Of a stretch of DNA of 64,000 nt, positions 38,101-53,200 are shown piece after piece. Every line of letters starts with the position of its first letter. The stretch's first letter is position 1. The notes below the pieces were generated by a model that had not been told where the DNA came from, did not search any database, and saw nothing but the letters and a program-made list of their open reading frames with translations. The position numbers were made by a program, and so were the translations under genes. Source of the stretch: Trichoplax adhaerens (taxonomy: Eukaryota > Animalia > Placozoa); NCBI RefSeq assembly GCF_000150275.1, contig NW_002060949.1, forward strand, positions 2,911,836-2,975,835, written 5' to 3'.

Positions 38101-41100
38101 TTTTCTGATCTAGATCCTCAAAGTGTTGTAGACATTTATGTAAATTATGACTGTGGCTTTTCGTTAGCGAATATCTATGAGCGCTTAGCTAATGACCTGT
38201 CAAGAATAGCGCAAGGTCGGCAAGCTATTGAATTAGGTGCTAATCCTGTACAAGAAAAAAGTATGCGTACTAAGGGATTAGAATGTTTAGTGTCTATCCT
38301 AAGATGCTTAGTCGAATGGTCAAAAGATCTCTATACTAACCCACATGCGAGCATTCATGCCGGTTCCAGTATTGCTTCATCAGCAGATTTTGCCTTATCT
38401 CAAGATGAAGAAAGAGATGCTACCGTAGGAGATTCAGATACGGAATCTTTAGCCTCTTCAGTATCTATAGTACCTGCCGATAATCCTGAAGAATTTGAAA
38501 GTATGAAACAACGTAAAGAAGTTATGGAACACGGTATACGATTATTTAATAAGAGTTCTAAGAAAGGCGTTGCATACTTACAAGAGAAAAATCTCCTTGG
38601 CTCCGAACCCTCGGATGTAGCATCATTTTTCCATAAAGATGATCGTTTAGATAAGGGACAGATGGGCGATTTTATGGGAGAGAATGAAAAATATAACAAG
38701 GAAGTCATGTATACTTACGTAGACCAAATGGAATTTAGTGGCAGAGACATTGTAACCGCTCTACGATTATTTTTAGAGGGATTTAGACTTCCCGGTGAAG
38801 CTCAAAAAATAGATAGATTAATGGAAAAATTTGCTGCACGTTATTGTGAGACGAACTTATCGTAAGTAGCATTAAAATTTTCTAGGTACGTCAAAATAAA
38901 AATTAATGAACTTATCTTCGATTTTTAGGAATGGAATTTTTGATAGTGCGGATACTGCTTATGTATTAGCATACTCTATCATTATGTTGACAACTGATTT
39001 ACATAATGCTCAGGTATATAAGTAAAATAAATCGTCTGCAATAATTAAGCCACTGTTTATATTTTGATGTAAAAATACAATAAATAATTATTGCTGTTAT
39101 ACAGGTAAAAAACAAGATGACAAAGGAGCAGTATATTAAGATGAATCGAGGAATTAATGATAGTAAAGACTTGCCGAAGGAATATTTGGAAAAAATTTAT
39201 GACGAAATCGCATCCAATGAAATCCGTATGAAGCAATCTAGTTCCAATCGTCCTTCAAAGCACCCTAGTCAAAGTAATAAAAACACACTTCTTTATTACA
39301 TTTTTTATCATGATAAAGCATTCTTTTAATTAATTTTTTTCGTAGCTATGTTGAGTGAGAAACACCGACGTAGTGCTTACAAGTTAGAAATGGAACAAAT
39401 GGCTGAGACCGCAAAGGCTTTAATGGAAGGTGTCAGTCATATGGATACGGATTTTATAGCCGCAACACGTGTTGAGCATGTTCGTCCTATGTTTAAGGTA
39501 ATAAACTTTTTTTCGATCTTTGCAACTGATCGTTACTAATTTCTCACTGACTTTCCCACTTTAAGACGGTTTGGACGCCTTTAGTAGCTGCGTTTAGCGT
39601 GGTTCTACAAGACTCTGATGATCAGATTACGTCCTCACTTTGTCTGGAAGGTCTTCGCCAAGGAATAAGAATTGCTTGTATTTTTGGGATGAAGGTATTC
39701 ATAATTAACGATGAGACATCTATTATTTTCAGTACTTACAAATTTATTACTTTTTCTTATGTTTCTATACAGCTGGAACGTGATGCTTACGTGCAGGCTC
39801 TATCTCGATTTACACTTTTAAGCACCAATTCGATCCTTGCGGAAATGAAAGCTAAAAATATCGAGACAATAAAGACTTTAATTTCTATTGCGCATACCGA
39901 TGGTAATTACTTGGGAAGTTCTTGGTTAGAGGTACAATTTTAGCAGTAACTGTCTTGTTGTATGTACTAACAATAAGTCAATAGTACCCTTTTGCCATGA
40001 TACGTTACCATAAATTCTTAAATTTTATATAGGTTTTGAAATGTATATCTCAGCTGGAATTAGCTCAGTTGATTGGTACTGGTGTGAAAACTCATCCACT
40101 AGAGGATCCTGATGCTACTAGTTAGTTTTATTTTTAGAATGAGTATATACTTGCTCCTCTCATTCAATGATAGAGTATTAACGTAATATTTTAATAAACG
40201 GATTATGCTTTTAAATTAATTTTAGATTTGCATAAAGCAACAAATAGTAAACGGCTAGCTTTGCTACAAGAATCAATCGGAGAAACTAGTTCTCAGAGTG
40301 TTGTAGTAGCTGTTGATAGGATATTTACGGGATCGGTCAGATTGAATGGAGATGCTATTGGTAAATGAAGCTAGGGTTATAAATTGTATATTGTTGTCGA
40401 ACCTTTTCTTTAAATCTTATTATTATGCCCATTTTTTTTGCAGTTGATTTCGTTCGGTGCCTATGCCAAGTATCATTAGAGGAGCTACGATCGGCACACA
40501 GACGTATGTTTAGTTTGCAGAAAATTGTGGAAATCTCGTATTACAATATGGGTCGCATCCGTCTAGAATGGTCTCGTATATGGGCTGTACTCGGAGAACA
40601 TTTCAATGAAGTAAATTTTCTAGCATAAAATGTTGAATAATGTTAGATTTAGCAATATTTCATTTAAGACTGTGTCAGCCGTAAATGAGAATCAAGAAGT
40701 TGATAAATTTACTGTATTAAAAAATTTTTGCTCTTATGTATGCATTAATTCAGGTTGGTTGCTATCCAAATGAGGAAGTTGCCTTTTTTGCAGTAGATTC
40801 ACTACGGCAACTATCAATGAAATTTATAGAAAAAGGAGAATTTGCCAATTTTAGATTTCAAATTGATTTTCTTCGTCCTTTTGAATACATCGTGAAACAC
40901 AACGGGTATAGTATTGATATTTTTATAATATAGTAAAACGGTATTACTATCATTTACTTTGACTAATATAAATAAATTATTTTAAAAGATCAATTACAAT
41001 TCGAGATATGGTCGTACGTTGTATAACTCAAATGGTACATTCGCAAGCGCATAATATAAAATCTGGTTGGAAAAACATTTTCACTGTATTTCACTTAGCA

Positions 41101-43853
41101 GCCGCAGATCAAAATGAAGCTATAGTGGAATTAGCTTTCGAGACAACAAGTAAGACGCCTATTTCTAAAACTCTATTTTGGTATAAATAAATAAATAACG
41201 GCTTAACTAATTCAACGTACTATAATTTTCAGATAAAATCTTTGAAAGACACTTTAGTGCAGCTGTGGATTCGTTTCAAGATGCTGTGAAGTGTCTATCT
41301 GAATTTGCTTGTAATACAAGTTTCCCTGATACCAGTATGGAGGCTATCAGATTAATTAGGACATGTGCGAAGCACGTTGCTGATTCTCCAAATGTAAGTC
41401 ATCGTGTTAATTATTGGAGTTGTTGCAAACGGAATGTTACTCTTACAAGTGACTTTGTGTCTATATAGTTGTTTCGTGACCATGGTTCAGAAGAAACTAC
41501 AGTCGTTGATCCAGACCGCGTCTGGCAAAAAGGATGGTTCCCAATTTTATTTGAATTATCTCGTATAATTAGTAGATGCAAACTTGATGTTAGAACAAGG
41601 TAAAATTGTTTGTTATTATGACTGTATTATGGTTCTATAAAAATGAAGTGCAATTAAATATAATATTGGCGTATATAGAAAATTGATGTCTGACTTAAAA
41701 TTTCGTACATTGTAGGGGATTAACGGTGATGTTCGAAATCATGAAGACTTATGGACAATCATTTAAACCTCAATACTGGAAAGATTTATTCAAGATAGTC
41801 TTTAGAATATTTGATAATATGAAATTACGAGAACAAAAAACCGATATCGAAGTACGTTTTGATTTAGTAGAGTGATAAGTAGAAGATGGATTTATATACA
41901 TACATACAGGGTTGAATAAGAAAATTAAAGAGATTTTTTGGTAAAATTTTGAATTACCATGATTAATAATTTTTAGAGAGCAGAGTGGATGACAACAACG
42001 TGCAATCATACTTTATATGCTATCTGTGACGTATTTACCCAGTATTTTGATGTTTTGTCGCAAGTCCTGTTGGATGATATATTCGTACTTTTGAATTGGT
42101 GTGTCGAACAAGGTAAATTTTATTATGCTAAAGTTACGTGAGCTGGTCATAGTTAATGATTGTTTTTTGGCATATAGACAATGAACAATTAGCCAGGTCA
42201 GGAACTAATTGTCTCGAGAATTTGGTAGTCTCTAATGGATCGCGTTTCACTGTTACTCAATGGGATAAAACATGTAGTTGTATTGAGAAGATATTCAGTA
42301 ATACACTTCCTCGGCAACTGATTTGTTGGCGCCCTAAATTAAGAAAAGATTCTAGTATAGAAACAATGAGTACTGAGAAACTTAATCGTTCTGAAGTTGT
42401 ATCTCATATGAATGTATCTAATGACGATGCACCTTTACCGAGTGAAGAATCAAGTACCGAAGATATGATAAAAAGTAGATCAAATGAAGATATCCAGAAC
42501 ACTAGTACAACAGGTTTGCATAATTGTCAACATTTACTGTGAAGCAAATATTATGTCATTATGTCATTTTAAAACGCAATTTGTATTGAAGATGGTCCAG
42601 ATGGCACAGATATTAATGTAAATGAGGCCAATGCATCAAGTGAAAAGGTTGAGTTTGATCATTTGAAAGACGAAGAACCTGTAAAAGAACAAACTAAAGG
42701 TATAGTGATAATTTCAATTTCTTCGGTACTTGAGGGAATAAAATAAATAAAAATTTTACCTTGATTTATGTTGCAGAACTGACGGATGCAGAGTTATTAG
42801 CTGCTTTAATGATAAAATGTGTTGTCCAATTGGAACTAATTCAAGCTATTGATAACATCATTTTTTATCCCGCAACAAGCCGTAAGGAGGACACCTATTA
42901 TTTATCAATTGCGAGGGTAAGTTATATATCTATACCTAACACCGGAGATAATTACCTAATTTGTAATGCAATCCAACATATAGAAATCTCAGGAAGTAAT
43001 CGAAAGCTTTGATCCAGAAACTATGAAAACTTCTGGTATGTTTTCCCATTTACTTTCTGGAGAGTTGTTTATCCTTTTGGATTGTTTGGAGAGATCGCAT
43101 AAATTTGCGTCAAGTTTTAATTCTAACGATGTGCAGAGAACTTTGTTGTGGAAAGAAGGTTGGAAATAGCAAAATTACTTATATCTGTTGTTTTCATTAT
43201 GATCAGCGTTATTTATAATTTTTTTGGACCTATCAGTTCATCGATGTTGTAACTTTGAAATACTCTCATTTATAGGTTTTAAAAGCAAGGCCAAGCCCAA
43301 TCTTATCAAACAAGAAATTAGCAGTTTAGCGTGTTCATTACGAATGTTATTTTGTATGTACACGGATCAGAAACATAGCGATGTTAAATCTGAAGTGGAA
43401 GCTAGGCTATTAAGGTAGACGAGCGTTTTTTGTAAAGAATTTACTCGATTGTTCACTTACTAATAACTCTATTATTCGAAGGTCGATAACTGATGCCTTA
43501 GTATACTATCCCAGCGTGACGTCAGAACATCATAGAGATGCATGGACCATTCTAATGGTTCTTTTGTTTTCACGATTGTTACAATTAAATGATGATGATG
43601 TAAGTAGAAAATATTTATTAGCCATATGCATTGTTGGTTACTGTTGATGTATCATGTTAATGCAGCATCTAAAATTTGTTTTTTATCCGTTTTGTGATTA
43701 TAGTTCCGGGCCCATGTATCTCATTATTATGAGAAACTCTGTAATTTAATGGAGTTAGAACTTAAACCAGAAATTCGTTATCTACTCCGACGTACATTTT
43801 TACGCATTGGATCGATGTTTGAAGTAATACCGCCATTGGATGTCCATGATTAG
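32115..43853 (+). CDS. ARFGEF1: Brefeldin A-inhibited guanine nucleotide exchange protein, BIG1/BIG2 family (Sec7 Arf-GEF), ~32 exons
   Basis: Exon 1 (32115-32238) encodes [41 protein letters not shown], a typical BIG N-terminus. DCB (YFLPFELAC), HUS (YVNYDC), the Sec7 catalytic motif [18 protein letters not shown] and HDS regions ([24 protein letters not shown]) follow. The last exon is 43704-43853. Probably co-orthologous to vertebrate ARFGEF1 and ARFGEF2. Confidence 0.93.
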
Positions 43854-45120
43854 TAAAATCCATGTAGAATTTGTTTTAAAACATATCAAATTTAATATAC
43901 AGATTGGCTATCTAAACGCGTTATAGTGGCTCATAATGCATGTCTCATAACCATTATTGTAATTATTGGTTTTATTTTATTAACATCAATCTCAGAGGAA
44001 ATATACACTTGTAACTTCCGCTATTACTCTCAACCTTCCCTTAGAATATCAAATAATTACACTAACAAGTTAAACTATTGATGTCAATTCAACTTATGAA
44101 AATTTTGTAAATGTTCTTAATGTAATATTTGCATCTGCGAAATTATGGACCTATTGAAATTGAAAGCATCTGGCCCATTCTTTACTAAAAATAGAAGGTA
44201 TTGGGGGGTTATCGTTTCTTGTCCGTATGTGTAACATGTTGTTGCAATACTTAAGAGGCTATCACTACAATCGACCAAAATGTGCTACATAGTCTAACAT
44301 ATATATTATTCTATTAGTAGTTTTTACGGAGTCAGACGTCTATAAATCGCTACTGTACTTAGTTTTTGAAGTTAGAAATTTAAACAATATCTGTTAGAGA
44401 ACTTTGCAAAAACGGTACTTTGAGTTACTGTATAAAGTGGTTAACTCCATTTGATACTGTAAATCACGGCTCTTGCTTGGTCGTAAAGACTGAAACTAAT
44501 TTAGCATGCTACAGCGCTTGTATTACTTTAATTCAATCTATAAAATTTTTTATTGCCAAATCATAAATATTTCCACATAAGAAATAAAATTTAGCAAGAA
44601 TAGGGTTTACCTAATTTTAATGGTTTGCAATTATTTAGTTAAATTTATTATGTGATTTTTTAAAAAGAGCGCTATAGTATGGAGGCTGTTAGGAAGAATC
44701 TTTGCGGGATTCTTCAATAATAAAAGCTAATAAGTATGAAATGACACTAATATTGTTACTGCCCTTTATCTTTAAAGCAATCTTGTTAGTTTAATAGCTA
44801 TACATGACGCATATTAAATGTAGTTAGTACTGGTTACCGGCTACGTACCGCTTTTTTTGTAGAAATGATTGTAAATGTAAAAAAATTTATAATTTGGTAC
44901 GCAGATCTAGCGATATATTCTTTTACGTATCACGTAATGACTTCATTTATATCATATTACTGGTATAAAACAATCCTAGAGTAAGAATACTACCACAAAA
45001 GACAACGTTAATGTTATGATTACTCTCCAGCTTGTGAATATTGTTATATCGAGTATCTACAAAAAAAATTGCAAAGGATTTGCTATCAACGTACAGTTAC
45101 TAAATTTTTTTTATCTATGT

Positions 45121-46970
45121 TCATCGGAGATGTGCTACTTCCTGGTCTAACCTCCATCCTAGTGATTTTTCATTGTCGGTCCCGTATTGTTTGAGAATGT
45201 TAATAAATAAATGAAACACGTTGACATCTTGTTCTAATATATTAAACAAAATAAATTTATTGCGAATAAATGATGAAGACTCAGATTGTAGTTGGTTAAA
45301 TTCTGACAAAGATAAAATGCCATTTTCATATAACGGACGGATTAATAGATTTGCATCCATGATTTGACAGATTGCAGCAAAGTTTCTTCTTAATATGTTT
45401 TGAAATTCTTTATCTGTAACGAGAATTGCGACTGTTACATTTCATCTATATGTACAATATAGGAATAATAATCATTTACTATGTCTGTAAGCCTATACGA
45501 TAAAATCATTAAATAAGTTTTAGGGCGATATAAAAAAATTAATTTATCTGCAGTTCGATTATCAAACGGAGAATTAAAGGATAGTCAAGGATTTATGTGT
45601 ATCTTACCTGATTCCACTATGGTATGTGATGCATTAGTAGTATTAGAATTTTGCATCTTAATTGGGGCTTCATTAGTAAGCTCAAAATCGACTGACGAAT
45701 CTTTATCATTATTTGTGGCTGGATCTTCAACCGGTGCAGATGGAGATGGCGGTAAATTACATTGAACATCTTGGCCATGTCTTAATGGTTTTAGACAACA
45801 TCCATAAACCATAAGATTTCCTTTAACACTAGTGCACTTGTTAATTTTTATCGTTAGACCGTTATTATTTCTCATGTATCCCACATTGGCAAGATTTTGC
45901 CATATTAGCTTGGATAAGTAAGTATTCACATCACCAACAGGTATAGGATTAGGTGACCATAAGCCTTTGACTCTAGCGCTATAGCAATCAATCGATTGAC
46001 CGTTAATTCCTTTCTTAATACTGCTACTGGTACGCTTAATGTTTACATACTCAATTTGTCTAGCTTGAACCTCGTCGAAGATGATAGAAAATGTTAGAAA
46101 GAATCCTCTTGGTGCTTTATTAATACCGTTGTTATCTGGATATCTTCTGACACCGTCAATAATTAAAAATAATTGTCTATGTTTAAGAGCATTTTGAGTG
46201 CCTTCTTCCCAAGATCCCATTAAATCGTAGACCTTTCTTTCAAAATATTTGTATACAACATTCTTTCTAAAAATAAGTTTTCCATCATCAGGTTCAATAA
46301 AATCATCGATATAGGGAACCTTATCGGCACTATTATATTCTACGTAAGAGCTAATACTAATTGCTTTATCAATCCATGCTTTTGATTGCGGCACTTTATA
46401 TCCATAAACAAAAATCAATCTTTTGTTGGAAATATAACCAGCTGCTGGGATTTTATTCCCGTTTGTGAGATTGATTGTACTTAAATGAGATGATTTTGTA
46501 GATGTGATCTGGTGAAGATATGATATAATATTTTCTTTAGGAACAACATCCGGGATACCTGTGATAATACCCTCAAATCTTTCCAATAATTTCCCTCTTA
46601 TAAACTCAGTGCCAGCTGATGATATCCCTATATATTGAAGCTTTTTGATAACTTCGTCATTAACATCAACTGAAAATGATATGTAATGGCCAAGTATACC
46701 CTTTGTAGAGCCCAAATTATCTGGATACCTCCTAACTTCACCAATAACAAGGCAAAGTTGCTTATTCTCGATAGCCTCTTTCATTTGAGATTCCCAGTAA
46801 TTAGATTTTAAATTATGGACTTTACGTTCATAGTACCTTATAACCTTTTGATTACTATATTGTAGCTTTCCATCACTAGGTTCAGTAAAATTTTCAATAT
46901 ATGGCTGATCTCCATGAGGTTGCCTGCTAATGCAAAACAAAGAGATTTTAGCTGCACCTGAGCATAACAT
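45121..46970 (-). CDS. Uncharacterised ~551-aa protein: two tandem copies of an unknown ~190-aa domain, a P/S/N-rich linker, and a C-terminal CARD-like death-fold domain
   Basis: Exons 46970-45608 and 45413-45121 join in phase 1 (TCAG|GTAAG...TTACAG|AT), 1656 nt. Exon 2 encodes ILRRNFAAICQIMDANLLIRPLYENGILSLSEFNQLQ...RNKFILFNIL...FHLFINILKQ, a CARD-like helical pattern. The internal repeat has a 196-aa period. The start is uncertain because a possible acceptor lies just inside the ATG. Confidence 0.75.
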
Positions 46971-49900
46971 TTAAGAGCATGGTCAAGATAAAGATATGAT
47001 TAATTACTCGATATAAATCATTTCTGTAATTAATTCTGTACAGTGTCATATACTTGTCCTACGTCTTAATTACGAAGATAGGCAACCACATAATTGCGTT
47101 CTTTATGCTAAGTATACAGTAATTAATTTCAATTTTATAATGCACAAAATATACGAAATACTAGAAGTACGATATATTGGTTTACTGATGCATCGAATTA
47201 TCAATAGAATATTGTGTGCGGTCTACTGAGATACCTACAATACGATAAAATAAACAAAAATATGATAATACTTTATAGTAGTACGCGTATGATACTAGTC
47301 TAATGAGAATAATATCGATTGGGGCACTTAATACGCGTGCTGTATGAGAATATTTTATTTCAAAGTCTTCAGCTTTATCTAAAATTATGTTTCGTACAAG
47401 CATTAAGAAGAAGTAGGCAATCATCCTAGTCCATTTGTAGAGATGGAATCATCGAGTATTTGTATCATACAGTAGTTATTAGTGTAAAGGTATATGAAGA
47501 ATTAGGATTGAGCAGCAATCCTCGTTGATTTTTGAAGCAATTAGGTATAAGTTTAATTGATTGATTTGTGTGTCATCGGCTGAAAGTACTACTGCACTTC
47601 AACTTTATGAAGAAAAGAAATGGTATAATATTGATATAATTCTGCCAAGTTTCTGTTATTTACGGTGAAGTAACAAACTTTATATGTTGGGAACGATTGG
47701 TTATCCGTTGTTATATATTAGGTTAAATTGGCTGCGTTTGCTCAGCATCATCTTACTGAAATAGCTACTACAGATGCCGTATTCTATTAGGATTTAAACT
47801 TGTGATAGTCAAAAATGAAGGCGTAATTACAAAATACCGTATATGATCATAGCAGTAGCGATCCTTTAATTTGTTATTAGCTTAAAAATACGTGTAGAAG
47901 TTAACTCAGCCATTTCAGTTGACTATACGGTATACAGCACTCGTCTACTGTCACGCATAGTACTAGTAGCGAACTGAAATTGTTACTTCAGTCTTATTAA
48001 GATTTAAATCTATAAACCAATGGCGAAGACGAACGTTATTTGGTAATATGCGACAATCCATTACGTCAAGTTATTATTAATTGTAATTACTAATGATAGA
48101 TCACTGATCTATGTATTGAATTTTGAATTGTTGGTAATGCAGTAAGTTAAGTCGATATCAGTGTTGATCAAGTTGCCATTACAGTGGCGTTTTATAAGGA
48201 ACGAACTTACGTTAGTCTACAGTGAAGTTGTAACATCATCACGTCCAATTACTATTATTTTTATGATATTTGCATAGCATTGCACTTTAGCCATTGAGTT
48301 TTATCGTCTCAATATACAGTACTATACGAGTACATGCAGGATATCAAGAGAACAATTCATGATCATTGCACTAGTTAATCTTCCATCATTCTGTTTACCT
48401 TTTAAAATTCAGCATTGTGATGAATTATAATAACCATCAACTCTAGTAGCAATAAGGAAATGACTGTATCCAGGCTATCAATATTCCAGATATCTTTATG
48501 AATAAATGGTGATCTTTCTTCTAGTCTTGACTGATTGATTGTTATTCAATTACTTGATTTCAAAAAATAGCCGATTGGAGCACTCAATCAATCAAATAAA
48601 CCTTCAACTCCGGTAAATTATACTGTACTACACTGAGACAGATTTTGGAGGGCAAACCTCCAACCTACTATGTTAATAACTGTCATTACGTCACTAACTG
48701 TAAATTACGTCAGCTACTTACAACACTAAATACAGTAAAGTACTGAGGCACGTGACTGCAATAGTGTCTCATATGGAACCCTTACAAGGCCCGGTTTGCA
48801 GGGATTCCAGCGATACTAAAATGGCGCAGACCTTGACTCCTTTGCTACCATCTATCGATCATAACTTTCTTCAGTTCCGTTAATAAACTAACTAGACTCG
48901 CATATAAGCTCTCGAACATATGCATTTCCTTTATAGCATGATCAAGGTGAAATTTTTATAGATGTCACCAGCTACACTGCTTATCTTTATGGATCACAAA
49001 TTGCAGTCTCGTTGAAAATGGAACTATCAATAACAGTAAATCGGTACCTCCAATCGTCTTTGGGTTTATAATACCCTTACTACGAAGTTTTCAATTTATC
49101 TTTCCTAACAATATCGATATCTAGTTCTTGCACTACCGCAGACAAATACTGCAACAGCTTTAGTTCCCTACAGTATTTTGTTTTTGTTAGTGTGCAATAC
49201 CTAATAAAAATAACGTTGCCTACTTACTGTTGTACAGTAAATTATATAAATTATCTCTTGTACATTAACCATAAACTATACGATTATACGCGTACAGGTT
49301 GTACAAGAGATATCAATTAATTTTAATTTAATCGAAAATAGGAGAAAATTATCTAGCGTTAAAGTTATCGTTATTTGGGGATTCAGAAATACAGATTGAA
49401 ACTATCCTTTGTTCTTAATTCTACCTACAAGTATCACCAGATCTGTTATTACTTGGGCTCGGCTAAATAACATCGATCCCAAAACATAGAAAATTTTTAT
49501 TTCTCCGCGAAGGCAAATCTGCAATGAAACAATTTCATTCGTAAATTTATCAAGTGATATCAATAATCTCTCATTCTCAGCTATTTAAGGATAGCCACAC
49601 GTGTATATCATTACTTGATTTTGGGGTAAATAAATTTAGAGCGCAAGTTATCTAAGCTAAAATTTTATTAATTAATCAATAATAAAATAATGAATTAAAT
49701 TAAAACTAAGCTTTATTAGTTTTAATTTATAGCCAGGACATATATCCAGTAAAGCAGTTTTAATTAAATTCGTCGATTATGCTCGACGATAATACAATGC
49801 TGACTCCTGCAATATTCCGATAGATGGTAAGATAAGTCCGTCAGAAAAATGACGTCTTTAAAACATTCATTTGTAATTTAATGCTTTAAAGACGTCAATT

Positions 49901-50287
49901 ATCATTCAATATCTTTTTTAATACAAATACAGTTTACAGCAGTATAAATGACTTATGTTGTGAAATTTATGATTATTATTCCAAAAGGCAAAAATCACAA
50001 TAATCAAATCTAGATTAATCTAACAAACGTTAAAATTACAGATTTAATCTTTGCAAAGATTAGGCAAATTATTAAATTGATGTTGGAATTTACTACTAAT
50101 GGCTGCTAGTTTAAGAATACGTATAACCTAAGCAAACGGTTCAATTGATTTTGCAATTACCAATAATGACTGCTAACGTAAAATTATTATCTTAGCAAAA
50201 TATTAAATTGATCTTTCAACCATTAATAATTAGCGGCGAACGTGAGATATAACCTAAATTGGACCTGAATCTAATTGTGCTGTTAAA

Positions 50288-53200
50288 TTAATAGATGTCG
50301 TAGCATTTCTCGTTTTCCATTTTTGAATAGACGGTCATTTCTGCATCAATAATTGGATTTTCAAGAGTATCGCTGTTACTATTCCAAGAGAATGTAAGGA
50401 ATCTAGCTAGTCGTTTTCTTGTTATTGCAATGCTGATCGCTATACCAAGCACAACTAGAATAACAACTGGTACAACCACCGCAGTAACGGCGTTGGAATT
50501 ACTGGGCTGCTCTAAAAGGTATAATATGCAAGAGTTAGGTTATGCTATAATTAAAGAAGAAAAGACTTAAAGACAGTAAATCCTAAATAATGTGATAAGA
50601 AAGGTATACCCGTCGAATTAGATTGATCTGGTACAGATACGTTCCTTCCTGGTATTATTGTACTAAAAAGGTATGGAGGATCAGTTAGTATCATAGTATA
50701 AATATTCTGAAAGTGACTTTATTTCATGCAACAAATATCATGAACAACTGTATATATATACTTTCAAGTAATTTTATTTTGCTCGTAATCTGTATAGATA
50801 TTGATCACTGGGATATTCATCTTTATAAAACTGATGATACTGATACTTTTATACGCCACACTTACCTAATTGTTGAGGTTGGTATAGTTTCTACCACAGA
50901 CATAGTTGATGTAATGTGCTTTGAATCGAACCACGTACTTCTTTCCATGTGCATGTTATCACTGCTCTTCTTATTGGTATCACCATCATTTGCAAGAGTG
51001 ATTGTTGTCAATATAGTTCTAATATTACTACTCGTATGACTAATATCATAGCCGCTAGTGAAGGAAGAAAAAGTTGTACTAGAAGATAGTAGTTTATACT
51101 CAGAGAATGTCGATCTTGACGCTACTGTTCTTTGACTTGTAGTTCTCCAAATTTTGGAATTAAATGTAGCCATAGCTGAAGGTGTAGGAGGCTTACAACT
51201 TTGATTTTTCAAAATAATTGGCGCCACTGTGGTCGACGTAATGTGGGTGTTAAAAGATTTAGTCAGAAAGAGAGGGACGCCTATTCTTAGAAGTTGATCA
51301 TGACTATCGCTATTCCTAATACGATAAATATTAATAAAGTGATAAAGGATAGTTTTAACTAATCATACTTAAGATCATGCTGTTAGTATTAAAAATTTAA
51401 TATAATTTAGATAAAATTAAGTAATTATGTATGGTGCTGTGATATATTCATGGCATAAATCTTACCTGATTTCAATTTCTAGCATAATGATGCGATTAGA
51501 AAGGACTGGATGAGTTATAACATGGATGTTAGTTAATGCTTGTTTAATTGGGTAAATCCATAAATGACCAGTTCGACTTGCATCTGTGATATTAGCTATT
51601 TCCATAGCTGAATGAGGAATTATGGCTATTATTTGATTCTTGTGATACAAATGATGAGTATCGATTGAGATGATATAATCATTGGGAAAGTTTTGATTAG
51701 AGTGGGGTGATACAGCAACATATTTCCCATCACCATATTGGTTTATCCCTTTTATAAATGTACAATTGTGACAAATTAAATTCGTAATATTCTTTGGAAA
51801 GAATAGCTGACCAAAATCGATCATGAATACATTGTTAAAAAATTGAGTATATGGGCTAGCGACGTTAACCATGGCATCCCATAAACCACCAAATCGAAAA
51901 AGGCAGTATTTTAAGAGACTTGATCGATTATTATGGTAGAATGTAATCCGATTCCAACGAGTAGACTGTGGATAATTATGATACTTGTCGATGCTGGTAA
52001 ATTGAATTTGATGAGATAAATTTCCTTTTGCTATTATCGATCCAAATACTTGAATTTGTGACGCTGCATCCATGTAGATTATAACGCCAGACTCAATGGT
52101 CAAAGTGACATCAGATGGTATGGTTAACGACAAGTAGATTAAATGTGGATTATCTTTCCTTGACCATGTTGTATTTGATGCCAAGCTATCTTTATGAAGA
52201 GTGAAATTAGTAGTTACAATTTGATTCCAACGATTACGGAAAACCGTATAGTCGACATAGGAAAATTGAGAATTCCATCTTGCGTCATTAATAACTTCAG
52301 TCACATTGAAATAATCATCGACGCCCCAAAAACAATATCGGCTATCGACAACTTTATCATAAGAGAATGGTGCTAAATTACATAATTGAAAGGCTACATT
52401 TGGGTTATTAAAATAATTCCATTGATAGGATGGTGAATTAACTAGATTTTTGACAATGCAATATTTACCGTCTTGAACATTATTGGTTTCAGTAATATTA
52501 TTAGATTTAAATTGCGAATTGTCATCAACAAGTAATGAAATTAAGTCTGTTTTATATATACTGTTCTTATAAAATATATTTTCTTGTATATTAACTTGAT
52601 GGTTGTAAGCTTTAAGATTATCATTGCTATAATTATCTACATGTTGAGAGCATTCAAATTTTATTAAATTATGTTGACAATGGTTATAAGTAAAGTTGTT
52701 TTTAAGTACATTAATAATAATAGTATTATTAGGGCTACATAATACATCAAGAAGCGAATGACGGCCATAGAAATGATTAATAAATTGATTCTGTTGGATT
52801 GTTAAGATTTTTAACTGAGAATAACTTTGCATGTATTGAAAATACAATGTCTCAATTGAATTAAATGTATTATTCTGAATATTAATATTGTTGCCAACTA
52901 GTATACAATCTTGAATTGCAATAGCTACTTTTAATAAAGTAAAGTAACAGTGGCTGATCGATAATTTATATGGCTTAATCAGCGTTTGATTCCAGAGTTT
53001 TTTCGTATTTAAAATTATGCCATTATTGCCATAGCCACTTAATGTAGTTGCAAATATAGTATTGTTGCCAACTAGATGTTGTGCGCTAATACAACTAGTA
53101 TTAACCAAATGCCGACTATATCGAAAGTGGCACCATTTAATTCTTATTTGTCCAAGGTAATATTGTAACATGTTTGTTGATGCTTGATTAAATATACAAT

